This document shows positions 26,724 to 29,965 of a DNA stretch of 29,965 nt, piece by piece (position 1 is the stretch's first letter; every line of letters begins with the position of its first letter). The stretch comes from an uncultured Anaerolineaceae bacterium (lineage in GTDB: Bacteria > Chloroflexota > Anaerolineae > Aggregatilineales > Aggregatilineaceae): NCBI GenBank assembly GCA_964655405.1, contig CAZZNC010000001.1, positions 1 to 29,965 of the forward strand. Reading direction: 5' to 3'. The translations under genes were made by a program, and so were the position numbers. The notes beneath the pieces were generated by a model, which ran no database searches, had not been told where the DNA came from, and was given only the letters and a program-made list of their open reading frames with translations.

Positions 26724-27016
26724 GCGTCCCCCTCGTCGGCCTTATCGCCGAGCAACTGCGTGCGTATCCACGCAACCCCCTGCGGGTCTTCCAAGGTGCG
26801 CGCCAAGGCGCTCACGTCGTCGCGTGGCCAGAAAAGGCTCAGCGTAGGTTGCGCCCACCACAGTATATGTGCGCCCAGTGGGCCGAGCGGCTCGGCGGCG
26901 TCCAACAAAGCTGCCGCCAGCGTTCCCAGATGCGCAGTGTGCAACCACTGCCCCCACCGGGCCAAGCGCACCTTCCAGCGTACTAGAGCGTCTGGCGCGT
27001 GCTGTTCACCTGACAT
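26720..27016 (-). CDS. Small hypothetical protein (98 aa), first gene of the operon
   Basis: Start reassigned to ATG 27016. Amphipathic/hydrophobic LAAALLDAAEPLGPLGAHILWWAQPTL; stop overlaps the DUF6754-like start. Confidence 0.65.
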   Translation of the reverse strand: MSGEQHAPDALVRWKVRLARWGQWLHTAHLGTLAAALLDAAEPLGPLGAHILWWAQPTLSLFWPRDDVSALARTLEDPQGVAWIRTQLLGDKADEGDA

Positions 27017-27021
27017 AGCGC

Positions 27022-27031
27022 CAGTATAGCA
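27022..27031 (-). promoter_or_regulatory. Extended -10 promoter (TGCTATACT) predicting a leaderless transcript
   Basis: TATACT ends 6 nt before ATG 27016; no Shine-Dalgarno in between. Confidence 0.6.
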
Positions 27032-27119
27032 CAGGGCCAAAGGGAGAGAAAATCCGAGAAGACGCGCCGTATTACAACAACGAACGATGAGGTGAAACAC
27101 TGTTCGAGCAGGCATTTCG

Positions 27120-27128
27120 TGGTATAAA
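27120..27128 (+). promoter_or_regulatory. Putative extended -10 promoter (TGGTATAAA) of the Ser/Thr kinase
   Basis: TGn-TATAAA 46 nt upstream of ATG 27175; AGGGGG at about 27157. Confidence 0.45.
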
Positions 27129-27174
27129 CGGACAGGGATCGCAACCGCGTACACGCAGGGGGCGCACAATTTCT

Positions 27175-28560
27175 ATGAGCGAGTTTGCCATCGGCACGAT
27201 TGTTGGCGGATACCAAATTTTGGACATCGTCGGGCAAGGCGGCATGGCGACCGTGTACCGTGCGCATCAGCTTTCGATGGATCGTGATGTGGCGCTCAAG
27301 GTGTTGCCTCGCCATCTGCTCCGCCAAGCCAACTCGCTGGAACGCTTCAAGCAAGAAGCCAACATCATTGCGCGCCTGGAACATCGCGCCATCGTGCCCG
27401 TTCACGACTACGGCGAGCATGACGGGCTGCCCTATATTGTCATGCGATATATGGACGGCGGCTCGGTGGCCGAGCTGTTGTTGCACGGCCCGCTTCTTCC
27501 GCAACGCGCCCTGCACATCGTGGAGCAGATCGCGCTTGCGCTGGATTATGCGCATCAAAAGGGCGTGTTGCATCGTGACCTGAAGCCCAGCAACATCTTG
27601 CTAGACGCCAGCGGCGATGCTTATATCACGGACTTTGGCATCGCGCGCATCTTGGGAGAAAATGCCCCTTCGCTCACCACCAGCGGGGTCGTCGGCACCC
27701 CTTCGTATATGTCTCCGGAGCAAGCCCAAGGGCACGATTTGGACGGACGCAGCGATATTTACGCGCTGGGCGTGGTGCTCTTTGAGATGCTCACGGGGCA
27801 ACGTCCTTTTGAAGGGGAAACACCTTACAGCGTGGCGGTTAAGCACGTCACCGAGGCGCCGCCTTCAGCGTGCAAGCTCAACCCGAACTTGCCGCCGAGC
27901 GTGGAATGTGTGCTTTACAAGGCGTTGGAAAAAGACCGCGAACGCCGTTACCCGACTGCCGCAGAGCTTGCCCAGGCGCTGCGCCAAGCCCTGGAACATC
28001 CGCACAACGTGCCGACTGACCCTTCCAAAGCCGAAACCGACCCTTCGCTCAACCAGGCGCTGCGCGAAGGGGCAGCCCGACATGGGCAACCTTTGCCTTC
28101 GGCCTATGTGCCGCCGGTGGTGCAACCGGCTGCTTCCGGGCGGGCCTTGACGCCTAATTTGCAGGTGTTGCCTTCGTATGTGCCCACCGGCGCGCGTCCT
28201 TACGGGCGGCCCTGGCAACGTGTGCATCGCCGTTCTGCCCAGCGTGTTTCTTGGACAACCTGGTTGCTGATTGGATTGGCCGTTGGCGGGTTTTTGCTGA
28301 TCATGCTTGTTGGCAGCTTGTACTATTGGTTGGAGCTGTCCCCTACCCCCGTGAGCAGCAACGATTATGCCGCCACCGCCGTCTATAAACTCACCGCGAC
28401 ACGCCAGGCTATCGAGGCGCAACACGATAGCGCGCTTACAACCGCGCCGACGCTTTCGCTGCGCACCCCTACGCCCACTGTCAGCGCCACGTCAATTCCG
28501 ACCAACACCCCCTCACGCTTGCACGCCTCGCTCACCGTTGAGCACACGCCCGTTCCGTAA
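27175..28560 (+). CDS. Membrane-anchored Hanks-type Ser/Thr protein kinase (PknB-like catalytic domain, Thr/Pro-rich tail)
   Basis: GQGGMATVY, VALKVL, HRDLKPSN, DFGIAR, GTPSYMSPEQ, DIYALG; Pro-rich linker; TM WLLIGLAVGGFLLIMLVGSLYYWL; T/P-rich C-terminus. Confidence 0.96.
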   Translation: MSEFAIGTIVGGYQILDIVGQGGMATVYRAHQLSMDRDVALKVLPRHLLRQANSLERFKQEANIIARLEHRAIVPVHDYGEHDGLPYIVMRYMDGGSVAELLLHGPLLPQRALHIVEQIALALDYAHQKGVLHRDLKPSNILLDASGDAYITDFGIARILGENAPSLTTSGVVGTPSYMSPEQAQGHDLDGRSDIYALGVVLFEMLTGQRPFEGETPYSVAVKHVTEAPPSACKLNPNLPPSVECVLYKALEKDRERRYPTAAELAQALRQALEHPHNVPTDPSKAETDPSLNQALREGAARHGQPLPSAYVPPVVQPAASGRALTPNLQVLPSYVPTGARPYGRPWQRVHRRSAQRVSWTTWLLIGLAVGGFLLIMLVGSLYYWLELSPTPVSSNDYAATAVYKLTATRQAIEAQHDSALTTAPTLSLRTPTPTVSATSIPTNTPSRLHASLTVEHTPVP

Positions 28561-28562
28561 AA

Positions 28563-28671
28563 GCGGCGCGCGCGAGGTCAGCGCCCGCGTCAGCGTGGCG
28601 CTGGGCGACGTGCGCGCCGCGTAGGGCGGGTGAAGTCGGAGGACGTGCCGCGTTAAGTGGCACGTCCTCCG
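28563..28671. terminator. Two GC-rich hairpins between convergent genes (terminator-like)
   Basis: 13-bp perfect stem CGGAGGACGTGCC(28637-28649)/GGCACGTCCTCCG(28659-28671), plus an upstream GCGGCGCGC.../...GCGCGCCGC stem. No clear U-tract. Confidence 0.55.
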
Positions 28672-28690
28672 GCGAGGTCGCCCGTGTGCA

Positions 28691-29965
28691 TTACCAACCG
28701 CGCGAACGGGCCGCCGCTTCGCGGATGGCTTCCAAGAAGCGCTCCAAGCCTTCAGAAATGCTCCCCTCCGGCAAATGAAACCGCACGACCCGCCGTTTGC
28801 GCGCCTGCAGAGCTTCCAAATCCCCTTGAGCTTGCGCAGTTTTGAGCTGAGCAAAGTCGTATGGCTCATCGGGGACGGGGATTTCTTCGTTGTTGTCTGC
28901 TGTGATCTGGATGAAAACGCCGCTGTTGGGGCCGCCTTTGTGCAATTGCCCTGTCGAGTGCAAAAAGCGCGGCCCATAGCCCAGCGTGACCGCTCGTGTA
29001 GTCGCATGGCGAAGTTCGCTGCGGATCGCTTCCAGCAGCTCGGTGTGGCGCGGTGTCGGCGCCAAAAAGGCCATCAGCGCGATGTAGTCGCCGGAGCGCG
29101 CCAGCCGCATGTGCGCCAGCAGCATATTGATCAGCTCGTCGTATTCGTAGCCGCACTGCTCGCTGACCTTGCGCAAAGTGTTCGCCACACGTGCATCCGC
29201 ATAAAGGGTCAACCCGTTTTCTTCCAGCACAGGTTGCGGTTGTGGCAGTGTGCCTTGTTCCTCCAACTGCGTCAGCAACTCGCGCGTGTTGACTTTGGTG
29301 GCTTGCACGTCCGGCTGATCGAAGGGATTGATGCCCAACAAATGACCGGCTAGCGCGGTTGCCAGCTCCCAGCGGAAGAATTCTCCGCCCAAATCGTAGG
29401 GATCGCCCAGTTCCAGCGTGACCACCGGCTGACCGGCACGTGCCAACGCGCTCATCTGAGCGTCCAGAGCTTCGTTTTCTCCCAAACGCAAATAGACGAA
29501 AAGCCGGTCGTCGTCAAAATCCCGCGCTTCTTGCGGGCACACGTCTGCTACGGGCACGATGCCGCGCCCTTCTTTGCCCGTGCTTTCGGCGATCAATTGC
29601 TCGGCCCACAAGCCAAATTCGCTTACCGGCGACGCGGCAACCACGCATACTTTGTCCCGCCCGCGCTGTGCCAATGTGCCCATGGTCACGCCGAGCCACG
29701 CCGCAGGGTTGCTCAACGCGGAAATGGTTGGGCCGCAAGCCCGCCCCATGTTCCGCGCCCGCTCCACCAGCTCCATGAAGTCCAAGCCCATCACGGCGGC
29801 GGGCACCAGCCCAAAATAGCTCAGCACGCTGTAACGTCCGCCGATGTCCGGCGGATTTAGGAAGACATGCCAAAAGTCCTTTTCATGCGCGATAGCTTCC
29901 AATGGTGAACCGGCGTCTGTGACGGCGACGAACTGATCGCCGGCTTTTGCACCGCGAGTGGCTTG
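28691..29965 (-). CDS. pgi: Glucose-6-phosphate isomerase (Tal-Pgi / actinobacterial-type), 5'-truncated by the window
   Basis: Frame open from the window end (QATRGAKAGDQFVAVTDAGSPL); GGRYSVLSYFGLVPAA, WAEQLIAESTGKEG, INPFDQPDVQATK, GPRFLHSTGQLHKGG. Confidence 0.88.
   Translation of the reverse strand, partial: QATRGAKAGDQFVAVTDAGSPLEAIAHEKDFWHVFLNPPDIGGRYSVLSYFGLVPAAVMGLDFMELVERARNMGRACGPTISALSNPAAWLGVTMGTLAQRGRDKVCVVAASPVSEFGLWAEQLIAESTGKEGRGIVPVADVCPQEARDFDDDRLFVYLRLGENEALDAQMSALARAGQPVVTLELGDPYDLGGEFFRWELATALAGHLLGINPFDQPDVQATKVNTRELLTQLEEQGTLPQPQPVLEENGLTLYADARVANTLRKVSEQCGYEYDELINMLLAHMRLARSGDYIALMAFLAPTPRHTELLEAIRSELRHATTRAVTLGYGPRFLHSTGQLHKGGPNSGVFIQITADNNEEIPVPDEPYDFAQLKTAQAQGDLEALQARKRRVVRFHLPEGSISEGLERFLEAIREAAARSRGW

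Noticed and set aside
25228-27021. TGACATAGCGC shared at two start codons (25228 and 27011)
   Set aside because: Six of the 11 bases are fixed by ATG-TCx (Met-Ser); the remaining match is within chance.
27094-27105. GAAACACTGTTC as a LexA box (GAAC-N4-GTTC) in the divergent promoter region
   Set aside because: One mismatch in the invariant core, single copy, and the flanking genes are not SOS-type; only a genome-wide PWM could rescue it.
3527-27169. N-terminal extensions in the ORF track (4297, 6125, 6947, 8136, 10080, 18611, 22234, 25311, 27169)
   Set aside because: The extensions are Cys/Arg-rich junk overlapping neighbours or promoters; downstream starts have an SD, a coupled overlap or a leaderless promoter.
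1-29965. CRISPR arrays, tRNA/rRNA, IS elements, integrases, phage or defence genes
   Set aside because: No regularly spaced direct repeats, cloverleaf signatures, terminal inverted repeats with a transposase, or such protein motifs were seen on either strand.

Overview
GC-rich (about 60% by eye) bacterial window with about 23 tightly packed genes. Protein style (Thr/Ala/Pro-rich linkers, multi-GAF kinases, acidic PxW-repeat proteins) suggests Chloroflexota/Anaerolineae; this is inference. Left to right: the end of a 4Fe-4S + NrfD-family redox operon; a secreted beta-propeller gene followed by an OmpR/MprA-like regulator and a HAMP kinase; an esterase-MFS-YkvA-phosphoesterase run; pspA with a 2-TM coiled-coil partner; a 7TM-5xGAF-PAS kinase coupled to a REC-kinase; a roughly 10 kb, 8-gene minus-strand operon of unknown function; a divergent membrane Ser/Thr kinase; and the 3' part of a pgi. 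The operon encodes a small protein, a DUF6754-like protein, two polytopic membrane proteins, a 1033-aa acidic scaffold/membrane protein, an orphan GlmL/MutL-like ASKHA protein, a barrel-sandwich/KOW-like protein and a sortase-type surface protein. It is the best candidate for an undescribed system: a membrane machine with an actin-fold component, whose scaffold carries about ten motifs resembling the FtsZ C-terminal peptide. No rRNA, tRNA, CRISPR array or mobile element was seen. Family names come from motif recognition only; no searches were run.
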